In this document: piece by piece, positions 15,125-24,512 of the stretch
How positions within the stretch are numbered: position 1 is the first letter of the stretch
How the letters are laid out: every line of letters starts with the position of its first letter
Sequence record: MH791414.1
Direction: 5' to 3' (one strand)
DNA: 64,000 nt
The notes under the pieces: generated by a model
Seen by the model: the letters and a program-made list of their open reading frames with translations, nothing else
Databases searched by the model: none
What the model was told of the DNA's origin: nothing
Program-made: the position numbers and the translations under genes

Positions 15125-15505
15125 ATGACAGCTGGATATAAAGTGGTTGCTTTTCTTTTCCTATTGTCAATTGTCGGTGGTGGTGGATACTACATGTTCC
15201 ATAGAATAGAGCAACAGGCTATTACCATCGGAGAGATGACACAACAGATTGAAAACTATACAACACGAATAACCGCCCTAGAAACGTCTATAAGCGATTT
15301 TAAAACCAAGTCGTCCGAGTATAACAAGGAGACGGAGAAATCGAATAGGGAGCTTTCTGTGAGGCTTGATAAGCTAGATAAAAATGTACAACGAGGTAAA
15401 GACGCGATCAAGGCAAAACCAAAACTGGTTGAGAAACTGATCCAGAAAGATTACATGGACTTTAGCCAGCGTATGGATTGTTTAACGTTGGAGAAATGTA
15501 AATGA
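15125..15505 (+). CDS. inner-membrane spanin (Rz-like)
   Basis: N-terminal TM then coiled coil, C-terminal Cys; overlaps a lipoprotein gene. Confidence 0.8.
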   Translation: MTAGYKVVAFLFLLSIVGGGGYYMFHRIEQQAITIGEMTQQIENYTTRITALETSISDFKTKSSEYNKETEKSNRELSVRLDKLDKNVQRGKDAIKAKPKLVEKLIQKDYMDFSQRMDCLTLEKCK

Positions 15506-15804
15506 AAAAAATTATAATAGCACTTTCTATACTGGTTTTATCTGCATGTTCTTCTACGCCAGTGGAACCCGCAAAAGATTTAGTCTATCACCCAACAAGA
15601 CCGGTCCCGGTTAAAACTTATGTTCCTAATTGGGTGGTGGTTGCTGATGGGGATAAAACAGTTGTGGGTATGACCTATGAAGAGAGTTTAAAATATAGAG
15701 CTTGGTTGGAGAAATTGGGAAATTATATAGATTCACAAAATAAAATGTTGTGCGTTTATAGAGAGGAATTAAAAGAAGACCAATGTAAAAAGGCTCCAAA
15801 ATAG
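15502..15804 (+). CDS. outer-membrane spanin lipoprotein (Rz1-like)
   Basis: Lipobox LSAC, Pro-rich linker. Confidence 0.8.
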   Translation: MKKIIIALSILVLSACSSTPVEPAKDLVYHPTRPVPVKTYVPNWVVVADGDKTVVGMTYEESLKYRAWLEKLGNYIDSQNKMLCVYREELKEDQCKKAPK

Positions 15805-15814
15805 GAGCCTTTTT
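15787..15814 (+). terminator. terminator GGCTCC-AAAATA-GGAGCC-T5
   Basis: Hairpin plus T tract at end of o-spanin gene. Confidence 0.8.
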
Positions 15815-15819
15815 AATTA

Positions 15820-15827
15820 CCTAAATA
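15820..15827 (+). promoter_or_regulatory. late promoter CCTAAATA
   Basis: Upstream of tail fibre gene. Confidence 0.8.
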
Positions 15828-15862
15828 ATAAGGTAAAATGATTTCAATTAGAGGATTTAGAG

Positions 15863-18800
15863 ATGGCAGATCTTAAGAGTTCATCCACGGCTGGGGGTGG
15901 GTTAGTCTGGACACAGACCAATTTACCATTTTCCCCACAGGATATTAAGCTGTTTTATGATGGTAAAGAAATTATAGATAATACAAACAACCAAACAATT
16001 GGTGGTAATAAAAACTTCACTGGTACTTTGACTTATAAAACACCGTCTTCGTCTAATGAAGTTGCAATAAAAAGTTATGTGGACGGCTTGAATAGTACAT
16101 CTGTTAAATCCGTCAATGGTACTCTACCAATAGTTGTTACTACTGGGGTTAACCCGACTGTATCTATTAATAACGCGACTCAAAGCGCCCATGGTGCTAT
16201 GAGCAAAGAAGACAAGGTTAAACTAGACGGTCTTCCTGTACGTGCGGTAAACCGCGACGGCGATACAATGACTGGTAACCTAGGGTTGGTAAATTTAACT
16301 GCTACTGGGATGGTTACTGCTACCACTGGGTTAATTAATGCTGACGCAGATTATGGTCAAAGAATGGTCCTTTCTGGTTCGACTGGCTATTTCCAATCTG
16401 GTAAAAAAGACCGTAATCTTGATGACCAAAGAATGATGTTTTCTGGATATCTTGGGGTTCCTCTGAGTTATTCCGCAACAATGATGAAGGATGGCGTTAA
16501 CCCTATCGTTCGTTGGGGGTCTGCGAGTTATGATATTCTTCACCGTGGTAACCTACCTTCGGCAGAAGATATCAAAGCAATGGCAGTATATGACCGTCCA
16601 ACCGGTGATGATTGTAACAACGCAACGATGCCGGGTAACTATGGTATCTTTGCGAACACAGCAAATACACCTTTTGGAAGTGGTCCTAGTGGTTCTACCC
16701 TTCTTGTAACTAAATGGGGTAATGGCGCTAACGCACAAATTTTCTTCTCGTATACATCCGACCGGGTTTTCATTCGTCGTCAATATATCGGTGTTTGGCA
16801 GGCATGGACAGAAGTTTATACCTCTGCAAACAAACAACCTGTTGGTGGTATGGGTCTTGGTGTTGGTGACAGTCCAAACGCAATTACTGTAACCGGTGGG
16901 GTCCGAGACTTCAACCTAGTTAAGACAACTGGTGTGTTTACCGTAGATGGTAACTGGTCAAACGGTGTTGATAATTCACCTACTGCATCTTCACATACTG
17001 GTATGGTTGAAGTAAAACAACGTGCATTTGATAATATGACTATTCAGACATTCTATTATCACATCAATGTTGCAGATACAACAACTCAACGTGCATATAC
17101 TCGGATTTGGCAGAATGCATCTACCGGTTGGAGTGCGTGGATTCCTACTGGTGTTTGGGAACAAGTAAACACCTATAGAACTGGTATTCTGAGACACAAC
17201 AACGCGACTAACGACGATTCAGTTTATCCTTATGTATCTTATACTAAGGAAAAGTATCGTGATGGTGTTGCTGCTGGTATTGGATATGTTATTGGAGAAA
17301 TAGGTTTTCGGGCTGGTTCAGCTAATAGATACGACCCACACTCTGGGGATCAATTGGCTAGAATCTTAGGTCAAGCGTATAACACAACAACAACCGGTCA
17401 ATATGAAGGTGGACTATTCCTCGCATCCAGATATAGAAACACAGATGGGACAGTTGGTGACACTAGTACATTCTTATTAAGTCGTTCTGTTGGTGCGGAA
17501 CTGACTCATGCAGGAAAGAAAGTTCAAATTAATACTGGGGTTGTTAGTGCAGAGAAATATATCTCAAATTCTTCTGGGTATGCTTTGCAATATGCAAACA
17601 ACTCACAACAAGGGATCTATTTCGATAACAGAACTATTATTGGTGGTTCGTCGGTTGGGACTGACGGTGTTATTATTCGTCCAAATGGTTCGGGAACAAT
17701 TACCGGGGAAACCGTATTTAATGCGAACGGTACTATTTCCAATAACCAAGCTCCGACTTTAGCAATGCACTTAACCAATAAGGCATATGTTGATAGCGTT
17801 GCTCTTGGTGGATTTAGTTCTATTATCGGATTGAAAGATGCAGATAACCTAAATGATATAAAGACTGCTGGGATTTATAGCCAAACCGCAAACGTAAAAG
17901 CGTTAACTAGCTTGAACTATCCAGTACAAAAAGCTGGTAACTTAATCGTTACTACTTCCGCTGGGGTAATTCAAAAATATTGGGTATATAACTCGTCTGA
18001 GGTTTGGTCTCGCGCTCAATATTCGACCGGTGATTGGAAACCGTGGTATAGGGATTATAACGAAGAGTTTAAACCTACTTCTGCTGATGTTGGGGCTTTG
18101 TCTTTAACTGGTGGAACTGTTACCGGTGATGTTAGATTTAATTCTGGTAACACAACTAGACTATCTCTTGGTGGTGGATCTGATTATTACGTAGAACGTT
18201 CGCCATCTGGTTTAACATTAGCTTCTGGTACTATTAATCCGAAGGTTAGAGTTGATAACACTGATTATGATATCTATCATGTTGGGAATAAACCATCACT
18301 AACTGAATTGGGTTTGCAATATACCATACCTAGTGCGGGTGGTACTCCAATTTATGTTAGATTGGCTACTGTCGGTAGCACTGATTCAAGTATATCATTC
18401 TCGATTTACGGATTGGGTGACTTTGGTCAGGCGAAACGCGCAACTTATGATGTTAACGTTTCAACCAGATCCGACGGTATAATAGTTGCGGTGAACTCTC
18501 TTGATGTCGATGCACTTTATAACCAAAAACCGAAATTCTATTACAGGAAAGTAGGATCCCTGTTTGAAGTGTGGCTTAAAACACCTAACTATAACGCCAC
18601 ATCTACATTAACTAGATTAGATGGAAGTAGTAATAATATCAAGGTTGACTCGGTTACACAAACAGAACCGACTGGTCTTACAGAAGTAACTATAAACCAG
18701 ATATACACCACTCGGTTTGCTCCAACTGCGAATGCTGTAGGTGCTCTACCGATTACAGGTGGTACTGTTACTGGTCAACTGGGATTAAGTGCAACTTATA

Positions 18801-20464
18801 ACGGATCAAGTGTAAATGCGCAAATCGCTCATATAGGTTCTGATGCAAGTCAATCCCTGTTTATTCGAAACATGCGTGAACACAATACAGCTACATGGAT
18901 TTGGGAAAAAGTATATAGCGGTAGCTTATACTACTCAACCGGGATCAACGGTGGTGGTCAAGCCAAAATAAGAATGAACGTGACTGGATCTGGTGATATT
19001 TATCTAGGAAATGCAGATAAACGTGTCTACCACGAAGGTTATGAGACTACTCCCGCAAAAATTGGTGCTTACACCAAAGCCGAAACCGATAGTCTTCTGG
19101 GTTCCGCAGGTAGAAAAACGGTAGAAGTTAGTAAACCTTCTGGAATCACAGCGAACCATTATGTTCCAGTAGTCTTGACTAGCTTGAAAAACCGTGAACA
19201 TGTTTATATCAATACTCGTTCCTCGGGTGGAACTGACCCAATGAACAACTGTTCATTTAATGGTATAGTTCGTTCTGGGGGGTGGGGTGATGGTGGTAGT
19301 TATGTAACCGGTCAATTCACCATTTTTCATACTAGTGAACGGGCTCTACACTCAGTGTATGGCGGTACAGAAGGTGATGGATTTGTTGCGTTCTATGTAC
19401 ACGAAAAAGCATTCCCAATAACAGTTATTGTTGATGGTGATGTCGGCGTGGCAACTGCTGCATCTGTGTCGGCGGGGACTTCAATTTTCACAGCATCTGC
19501 CGACCCAGCAACTGGTAATACTAAAGCCACAATGCTTGCACAATGGGCGGACGGTGGTGGATTCTACCAAGGTTCTTCACGAACCCCATCATTTCAAACT
19601 ATGAACACCGAATTGGACAAGAAATTGGACAAGACTGGTGGAACCGTAACTGGAAATCTTTCTGTTAATACACAATTGACAGTAGGTAATAGCGTTATTT
19701 GTGGTGGTGTGACATCTGATAGTTGGTTGCGAACAAATGGCGACAATGGTTGGTACAGTGAAAAATGGGGTGGTGGAATTCATATGTCGGATGCTCAATG
19801 GATCCGGACATATGGAGGCAAGAAACTTCACGTTGCTAACCCAGATGGAAACGCAATCAATACAGATGGTGGCATTAACGCTGCTAAGGGTTTGACTCTT
19901 GGTGGTGGTGCTGTAGTTGGTGGCAGTATAAACGTCACAGGGGGTTATATGTCACTGACAAGCTCCAATAACACCCTATTGGAATTCCATACACCGGGTG
20001 TATCCGCAGCGATGATTTATAAAGGACCAGAGGGTAACCTTCGGTTTGTCACGTCAAACGGTTCTGGTGGTGAAACCTTATTGCGAATGCAAATTGACAC
20101 AGGCGGAAACGTCGTTACTTCCGGTTCTATAAATAGTAGTGGTTACTTGCTCGAAGCCGGTCAACGTGTTTACTCTCCAAATAACCAAGTCCCAGACGGC
20201 GTTATTATGCGAGCAGTTACAAACGCTGGCGGAAATATGGCAGTCGGGTCATATGCCATGATCACGGTTAAAGCCAACCTTGGTCCACTGGGTCCGGGTA
20301 CTGTCTTACAAGGGACACAGATCCAATTTTCTAACGCAGAAGGTACTAACTTTGTTGCTTGTAACTATGGACAGTGGAGATTGATGGGGGTGTCAAGAGC
20401 ACAATCACAAAACTCTGATGGTTGGGGTTCTTGGAACGTCACACTTGCACAACGCATTACTTAA
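15863..20464 (+). CDS. 36: long tail fibre distal subunit, gp36-like N-terminus fused to gp37-like shaft and tip
   Basis: MADLKSSSTAGGGLVW resembles T4 gp36 start; repeated xGGTVTG motifs and three knob-like modules. Confidence 0.85.
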   Translation: MADLKSSSTAGGGLVWTQTNLPFSPQDIKLFYDGKEIIDNTNNQTIGGNKNFTGTLTYKTPSSSNEVAIKSYVDGLNSTSVKSVNGTLPIVVTTGVNPTVSINNATQSAHGAMSKEDKVKLDGLPVRAVNRDGDTMTGNLGLVNLTATGMVTATTGLINADADYGQRMVLSGSTGYFQSGKKDRNLDDQRMMFSGYLGVPLSYSATMMKDGVNPIVRWGSASYDILHRGNLPSAEDIKAMAVYDRPTGDDCNNATMPGNYGIFANTANTPFGSGPSGSTLLVTKWGNGANAQIFFSYTSDRVFIRRQYIGVWQAWTEVYTSANKQPVGGMGLGVGDSPNAITVTGGVRDFNLVKTTGVFTVDGNWSNGVDNSPTASSHTGMVEVKQRAFDNMTIQTFYYHINVADTTTQRAYTRIWQNASTGWSAWIPTGVWEQVNTYRTGILRHNNATNDDSVYPYVSYTKEKYRDGVAAGIGYVIGEIGFRAGSANRYDPHSGDQLARILGQAYNTTTTGQYEGGLFLASRYRNTDGTVGDTSTFLLSRSVGAELTHAGKKVQINTGVVSAEKYISNSSGYALQYANNSQQGIYFDNRTIIGGSSVGTDGVIIRPNGSGTITGETVFNANGTISNNQAPTLAMHLTNKAYVDSVALGGFSSIIGLKDADNLNDIKTAGIYSQTANVKALTSLNYPVQKAGNLIVTTSAGVIQKYWVYNSSEVWSRAQYSTGDWKPWYRDYNEEFKPTSADVGALSLTGGTVTGDVRFNSGNTTRLSLGGGSDYYVERSPSGLTLASGTINPKVRVDNTDYDIYHVGNKPSLTELGLQYTIPSAGGTPIYVRLATVGSTDSSISFSIYGLGDFGQAKRATYDVNVSTRSDGIIVAVNSLDVDALYNQKPKFYYRKVGSLFEVWLKTPNYNATSTLTRLDGSSNNIKVDSVTQTEPTGLTEVTINQIYTTRFAPTANAVGALPITGGTVTGQLGLSATYNGSSVNAQIAHIGSDASQSLFIRNMREHNTATWIWEKVYSGSLYYSTGINGGGQAKIRMNVTGSGDIYLGNADKRVYHEGYETTPAKIGAYTKAETDSLLGSAGRKTVEVSKPSGITANHYVPVVLTSLKNREHVYINTRSSGGTDPMNNCSFNGIVRSGGWGDGGSYVTGQFTIFHTSERALHSVYGGTEGDGFVAFYVHEKAFPITVIVDGDVGVATAASVSAGTSIFTASADPATGNTKATMLAQWADGGGFYQGSSRTPSFQTMNTELDKKLDKTGGTVTGNLSVNTQLTVGNSVICGGVTSDSWLRTNGDNGWYSEKWGGGIHMSDAQWIRTYGGKKLHVANPDGNAINTDGGINAAKGLTLGGGAVVGGSINVTGGYMSLTSSNNTLLEFHTPGVSAAMIYKGPEGNLRFVTSNGSGGETLLRMQIDTGGNVVTSGSINSSGYLLEAGQRVYSPNNQVPDGVIMRAVTNAGGNMAVGSYAMITVKANLGPLGPGTVLQGTQIQFSNAEGTNFVACNYGQWRLMGVSRAQSQNSDGWGSWNVTLAQRIT

Positions 20465-20470
20465 TTAATT

Positions 20471-20493
20471 AGGCTCCTTCGGGAGCCTTATTT
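20471..20493 (+). terminator. GGCTCC-TTCG-GGAGCC hairpin with weak T tract
   Basis: Between fibre and lysozyme genes. Confidence 0.65.
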
Positions 20494-20506
20494 CAAGGGG
20501 TTTTAT

Positions 20507-21007
20507 ATGTTAGAGAAAATGCTTAAATTTGATGAGGGTAGTAAGCTAGTAGTTTATTGGGACACCGAAGGATATCCCACTATTGGTATTGGACATCTCA
20601 TTTTGAAATTAAAAACCAAGGATATGGGGTTGATCAACAAAGAACTAAGTTCCCATGTTGGTAGACCTATATCAAATGGAAAAATAACTGAAGAAGAACA
20701 AAGTATGTTGTTCTCAAAAGACCTAGAAGTTGTTAGGTCTTCAATGAAGAAATACGACAATCTCTGGTCTACCTATGTCGGATTGGATGACGTAAGAAAA
20801 ACCGCACTCGAAAATATGGTTTTCCAAATGGGAGCCAAGGGTGTTAACGGGTTTCCTTCCATGCTTCGTGCTATGAGGTCCAAAAGCTGGTCTGAGGCAA
20901 AGAAACATGCTCTTGATAGTGCATGGTCTAGACAAACACCAAATCGGGCTAAGAGAGTTACAGACGTTATTGAGACGGGAACATACAAAGGTTATCCGTT
21001 CGTATAA
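20507..21007 (+). CDS. e: T4-type lysozyme (GH24), probable endolysin
   Basis: DEG..YWDTEGYPTIGIGHL catalytic E-D-T triad; TPNRAKRV. Confidence 0.93.
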   Translation: MLEKMLKFDEGSKLVVYWDTEGYPTIGIGHLILKLKTKDMGLINKELSSHVGRPISNGKITEEEQSMLFSKDLEVVRSSMKKYDNLWSTYVGLDDVRKTALENMVFQMGAKGVNGFPSMLRAMRSKSWSEAKKHALDSAWSRQTPNRAKRVTDVIETGTYKGYPFV

Positions 21008-21009
21008 AC

Positions 21010-21040
21010 AAAAAGGGATCCCAATATGGGATCCCTTTTT
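21010..21040. terminator. bidirectional terminator between convergent blocks
   Basis: AAAAAGGGATCCCA-AT-ATGGGATCCCTTTTT. Confidence 0.9.
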
Positions 21041-21311
21041 ATTCTGCAACCATACAATCGATCATATCGCTGATCTTGCCTGCATCAAATTCTTTTAGAG
21101 CTTCTTTTATTTGGTAATCTGTCATGCTCTTTAGCATGATTTTAAAATTGTGTTGTGTTAGTGGTTTCCCCCGGATAGTGGTGAAACCAAGTTCGTTTAG
21201 AAAATCAATAAATCCGGTTTGTGTATCTAAAATGTCTTCACAGTCGTACTTTACGAGAATGGATGCAGTTGCAACAATATCTTTTAGAATTTCTACTTTT
21301 GTATTACTCAT
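21039..21311 (-). CDS. asiA: anti-sigma70 factor AsiA
   Basis: IVATASILVKYDCEDIL...FIDFLNELG aligns with T4 AsiA; 90 aa. Confidence 0.92.
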   Translation of the reverse strand: MSNTKVEILKDIVATASILVKYDCEDILDTQTGFIDFLNELGFTTIRGKPLTQHNFKIMLKSMTDYQIKEALKEFDAGKISDMIDCMVAE

Positions 21312-21550
21312 ATTTTATACATCTTATCTCTTAGGATCACATCTGTTCGTTCTCGAACATCACCCATAAATCTTGCGGTTTTACCATCTTCAAATAAGAT
21401 AACACTTACTTGGGAATCTGATATTTTATTTTTTTGTATCGACACCTTGACAGATTTCATAACATAATCTTTCAAGTTTATGTGTATTGGTTTCATCTCG
21501 GGGGAAAGTCCAGATACAATACCACCCCCGAATATAATATATTCTTCCAT
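21308..21550 (-). CDS. hypothetical protein
   Basis: MEEYIIFGGG..., TAATG coupling with upstream gene. Confidence 0.65.
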   Translation of the reverse strand: MEEYIIFGGGIVSGLSPEMKPIHINLKDYVMKSVKVSIQKNKISDSQVSVILFEDGKTARFMGDVRERTDVILRDKMYKI

Positions 21551-21672
21551 TACCAATCCCTTTCGTTTTTATTTTTGTGTTTTTTGCCCCGAACCCGATT
21601 GGTTTCTTTCTTTTTATCACTCATAACAGAAGGGCGATTGAAATTATGTTTAGCTACTGGGTTTATATTCAT
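21550..21672 (-). CDS. 40-aa basic protein (NPVAKHNFN...KHK)
   Basis: AAGGA SD, upstream TTGCAT-17-GACTAT promoter; hand-translated. Confidence 0.7.
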   Translation of the reverse strand: MNINPVAKHNFNRPSVMSDKKKETNRVRGKKHKNKNERDW

Positions 21673-21772
21673 AACCAATATTCCTTTTTGTTAGTTTATA
21701 TAGTTAGTTGGGTGAGGTCTCCCCCACCCGATATGAATATAGTCTCATATATTCAGATTTTATGCAAGTGGT

Positions 21773-22222
21773 TTATACCGGAAGAATCCAATATACACCA
21801 CAAAACAAAAGAGATACCAACACAATAACAGTCACCAACGCAGCAACGAACAGAAAATTCAAAACTTTGTTCTTGACTTTTCGGTCATCTTCGGTTAGGT
21901 CTTCCCATTTAGTAATAGACCCTTCAATGTCTTTTTCTCCGTCCATTGCACTTTCAATAAACAGAAGGCATATAGGATTCGAATACGCCTTACCAAGGAT
22001 CCCTACGCGCTCTTTAGTGAGCTGTTCTAATTGAAACCATTGGAAAAGGGCTAGTGCAATCGAACCAAGAACAATCGGAGGATACATTGTGGAAGCGAAT
22101 ACAGATGCAATTGCGGCCACAATGAAAAACAACCCCCACGAATGGAGAGCAGTCGAACCAATTTTATTTTTTTCTTCTTGGATCCGAAGTTTAACCTTCG
22201 TCAGTCGAGTAGTAGATACCAT
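21773..22222 (-). CDS. membrane protein (3 predicted TM segments)
   Basis: Hydrophobic stretches, GAGG SD. Confidence 0.7.
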   Translation of the reverse strand: MVSTTRLTKVKLRIQEEKNKIGSTALHSWGLFFIVAAIASVFASTMYPPIVLGSIALALFQWFQLEQLTKERVGILGKAYSNPICLLFIESAMDGEKDIEGSITKWEDLTEDDRKVKNKVLNFLFVAALVTVIVLVSLLFCGVYWILPV

Positions 22223-22252
22223 TTTATTTTTTCCTCAGTTGTAAAACCGTAT

Positions 22253-23605
22253 TTAGGCTTTATCTTTCTTCAGTGTGTCTTTCAATACAGTCAAGTCCTT
22301 GATGTATTCTTTTTTGGAATTTGTGGTTTTCCAGTATTCCAGCTCTTTTATTGTTTTGGATAGTTCGTTTTCCAGTTTGGTTATTTCATCGGAAGTCATA
22401 TTGAATATAGGCATACCAACGACTTTATCAGAAAACGGCTTCAATTCAACATCAAATGATTGTTCAACTTGGTTGATAAGACCTTTTTTATTTTGAGTAA
22501 AATCATATTTACCATTTCGAGCGTTGGTAATAAACAATGACTTTGCTTTCAATTCTGGGATCTGTTTAGATAGCTTATCAATCATGTTTTCGATTCTTCG
22601 ATCAATCACGGTAACCCGATAATCAACAAAATCCTTGATAAGTTCTGATGTGGTATCGTAAATTCTTAGATCCATTTCTTTTTTAACCATATCAGAATTC
22701 GGTCCGATAGTGGTCAAATCCATATTCAAATTCTCTCTTAGACAGAATTTGTCCATGATATTTTCGTGGGAAGTATCGAAATCTCGCTTGAGAGTCACCC
22801 GGAAGGTAAAACACCCGTCGCCATCAACCTCATCGAAACTTACAACTTGTTCAGACTCGATTAGTTTATTGAGTACAGATACATATTTGATCCGGTCGAA
22901 AGACAAAGGAATCTCTTTAATAAGAAGCTTGGTTTTCCCTTGAAGTTCGTATAACCCTTCGATAGTCCATTGCCCATCATCTGGGGTATTAACATTACCG
23001 ATAAATGACGGAAATTTAATCTTCGGGTTCTTACAATCACCAGTCTTTACATATGAAATACATTCATCAATTACACTGAAAATATCATGTGGTGGTATAT
23101 TACATGCGTAAGCCGTAGCAATACCAACAATCCCATTAATCAAAACAAACGGAATAATTGGATAATAAAATTTCGGGATTGTATAAGATGTAATTTCATG
23201 CGGTAAAACAATATCAGTATCTTTGAAAATGATATCGAAATTTTTATTCAACCGACTATGAATATATCGGGGTTCTGCCGCATCTCTGATAGCACGAGAG
23301 CCAAAGTTACCTTCACCCTCAAGGATTGGATAATTGTTGTTCCAATCATTGGCAAGAAGGGCAGCCGCACCAAACGCACTTGATGCACCATGGTTATATC
23401 CATATTCGCTGATAACACCACAAAGATATTCGTTTTTCTTAAATACGTTTCCTGCGTTTTGGATCGCAGAATACAAAACAAATCTCTGTGATGGTTTGAG
23501 TCCGTCGATGAGTGACGGAAGGGCACGGTTTACAATCGTATAAAATGTATATTCTTTCGCTTCATTTTCAATATATGAGCTAACTTCTCTTACTACTTTT
23601 TTCAT
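22253..23605 (-). CDS. 52: DNA topoisomerase II medium subunit
   Basis: RALPSLIDGLKPSQR, YNHG, GNFGSR, AEPRYI active-site Tyr. Confidence 0.97.
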   Translation of the reverse strand: MKKVVREVSSYIENEAKEYTFYTIVNRALPSLIDGLKPSQRFVLYSAIQNAGNVFKKNEYLCGVISEYGYNHGASSAFGAAALLANDWNNNYPILEGEGNFGSRAIRDAAEPRYIHSRLNKNFDIIFKDTDIVLPHEITSYTIPKFYYPIIPFVLINGIVGIATAYACNIPPHDIFSVIDECISYVKTGDCKNPKIKFPSFIGNVNTPDDGQWTIEGLYELQGKTKLLIKEIPLSFDRIKYVSVLNKLIESEQVVSFDEVDGDGCFTFRVTLKRDFDTSHENIMDKFCLRENLNMDLTTIGPNSDMVKKEMDLRIYDTTSELIKDFVDYRVTVIDRRIENMIDKLSKQIPELKAKSLFITNARNGKYDFTQNKKGLINQVEQSFDVELKPFSDKVVGMPIFNMTSDEITKLENELSKTIKELEYWKTTNSKKEYIKDLTVLKDTLKKDKA

Positions 23606-23611
23606 ATTACC

Positions 23612-24022
23612 TCAACTTGCTAGACGTCCGTGGATGATAAACTTTCCTCGAACTTTGCTGATCAATTCGTGACCATTGTTCATTTGTCCATATTCTTCCA
23701 TTTTTAGAAGATTACGGATCTGACTGTATTTCATGAAATACAGTTTAACAGATTTTCCGCTTTGGAGATAACTATTTACTTCTTGCGCTTGTTTTGTTCT
23801 TGGACGGCGGATCCGGATCATTGTCTCACCAAACCCCCGTTGTCTTTGTTGGTTCCCCACGTGGGTTGCATATACAACAGAACTATTTGGGGCAGATATG
23901 AAGTAAAACCCTTGGGTTGTGATATCCCCGATCTCATCTAAATTCAAGCCATTGAAGTTACCAACAACCACCGCACCATGTTTAACTAGTTCTTTCGTAG
24001 TCAAATTCTTTTTCATGGTCAA
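23612..24022 (-). CDS. ndd: nucleoid disruption protein Ndd
   Basis: TTKELVKHGAVVVG, GFYF, VGNQQRQRGF match T4 Ndd; syntenic with 52. Confidence 0.85.
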   Translation of the reverse strand: MTMKKNLTTKELVKHGAVVVGNFNGLNLDEIGDITTQGFYFISAPNSSVVYATHVGNQQRQRGFGETMIRIRRPRTKQAQEVNSYLQSGKSVKLYFMKYSQIRNLLKMEEYGQMNNGHELISKVRGKFIIHGRLAS

Positions 24023-24237
24023 TCCTCTATCTTCTCGATTCTAGAAAAACTATGTTCTCCAAATGCCTTAAATATTGGATGCTCAATGCGTTGAAAGTTA
24101 ACAATGATCGAGTTCCCACAAGATGACATTTTGAACGGCATAGACCAATGAGTAAAATGTTTTTTAAATGTATCAAAGTATGGACCATTACAATGATCGA
24201 TGAAATCCTGTTTACTTTTAAAGCGATACGTGTTCAT
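24019..24237 (-). CDS. hypothetical protein (FKS module)
   Basis: YRFKSKQDF. Confidence 0.65.
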   Translation of the reverse strand: MNTYRFKSKQDFIDHCNGPYFDTFKKHFTHWSMPFKMSSCGNSIIVNFQRIEHPIFKAFGEHSFSRIEKIED

Positions 24238-24486
24238 TTACTCACCTTCACGAAAAAACATACCATTCTTTACCAGAACATGATTGAGGTTATAGATAAT
24301 AAAGCCCCGAGTCTCATAAGGGGTAACAACCCGATATTCAACATCTTTCGAATCGTGGTTAACGTGGAAAGAATAAACCCAATCCTTAACCTTCAATTGC
24401 AAACTAGTAAAACCGGGGACAAACGGCATTACTTCTTTGTATCCTTCACTCTTTTTGATACTAACAAACTCTTTTACTGAAATCAT
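24238..24486 (-). CDS. hypothetical protein
   Basis: AAGGA SD. Confidence 0.65.
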   Translation of the reverse strand: MISVKEFVSIKKSEGYKEVMPFVPGFTSLQLKVKDWVYSFHVNHDSKDVEYRVVTPYETRGFIIYNLNHVLVKNGMFFREGE

Positions 24487-24512
24487 AGGTAAATCCTTCC
24501 TCTATGGTGCTT

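Noticed and set aside
15863-20464. Diversity-generating retroelement or invertible tip cassette for the tail fibre
   Set aside because: No reverse transcriptase, invertase or template repeat seen; the repeats are protein-level GGTVTG motifs
7074-20493. Recurrent GGCTCC..GGAGCC hairpins as a mobile repeat family
   Set aside because: All five sit at gene ends with T tracts; ordinary reused terminators
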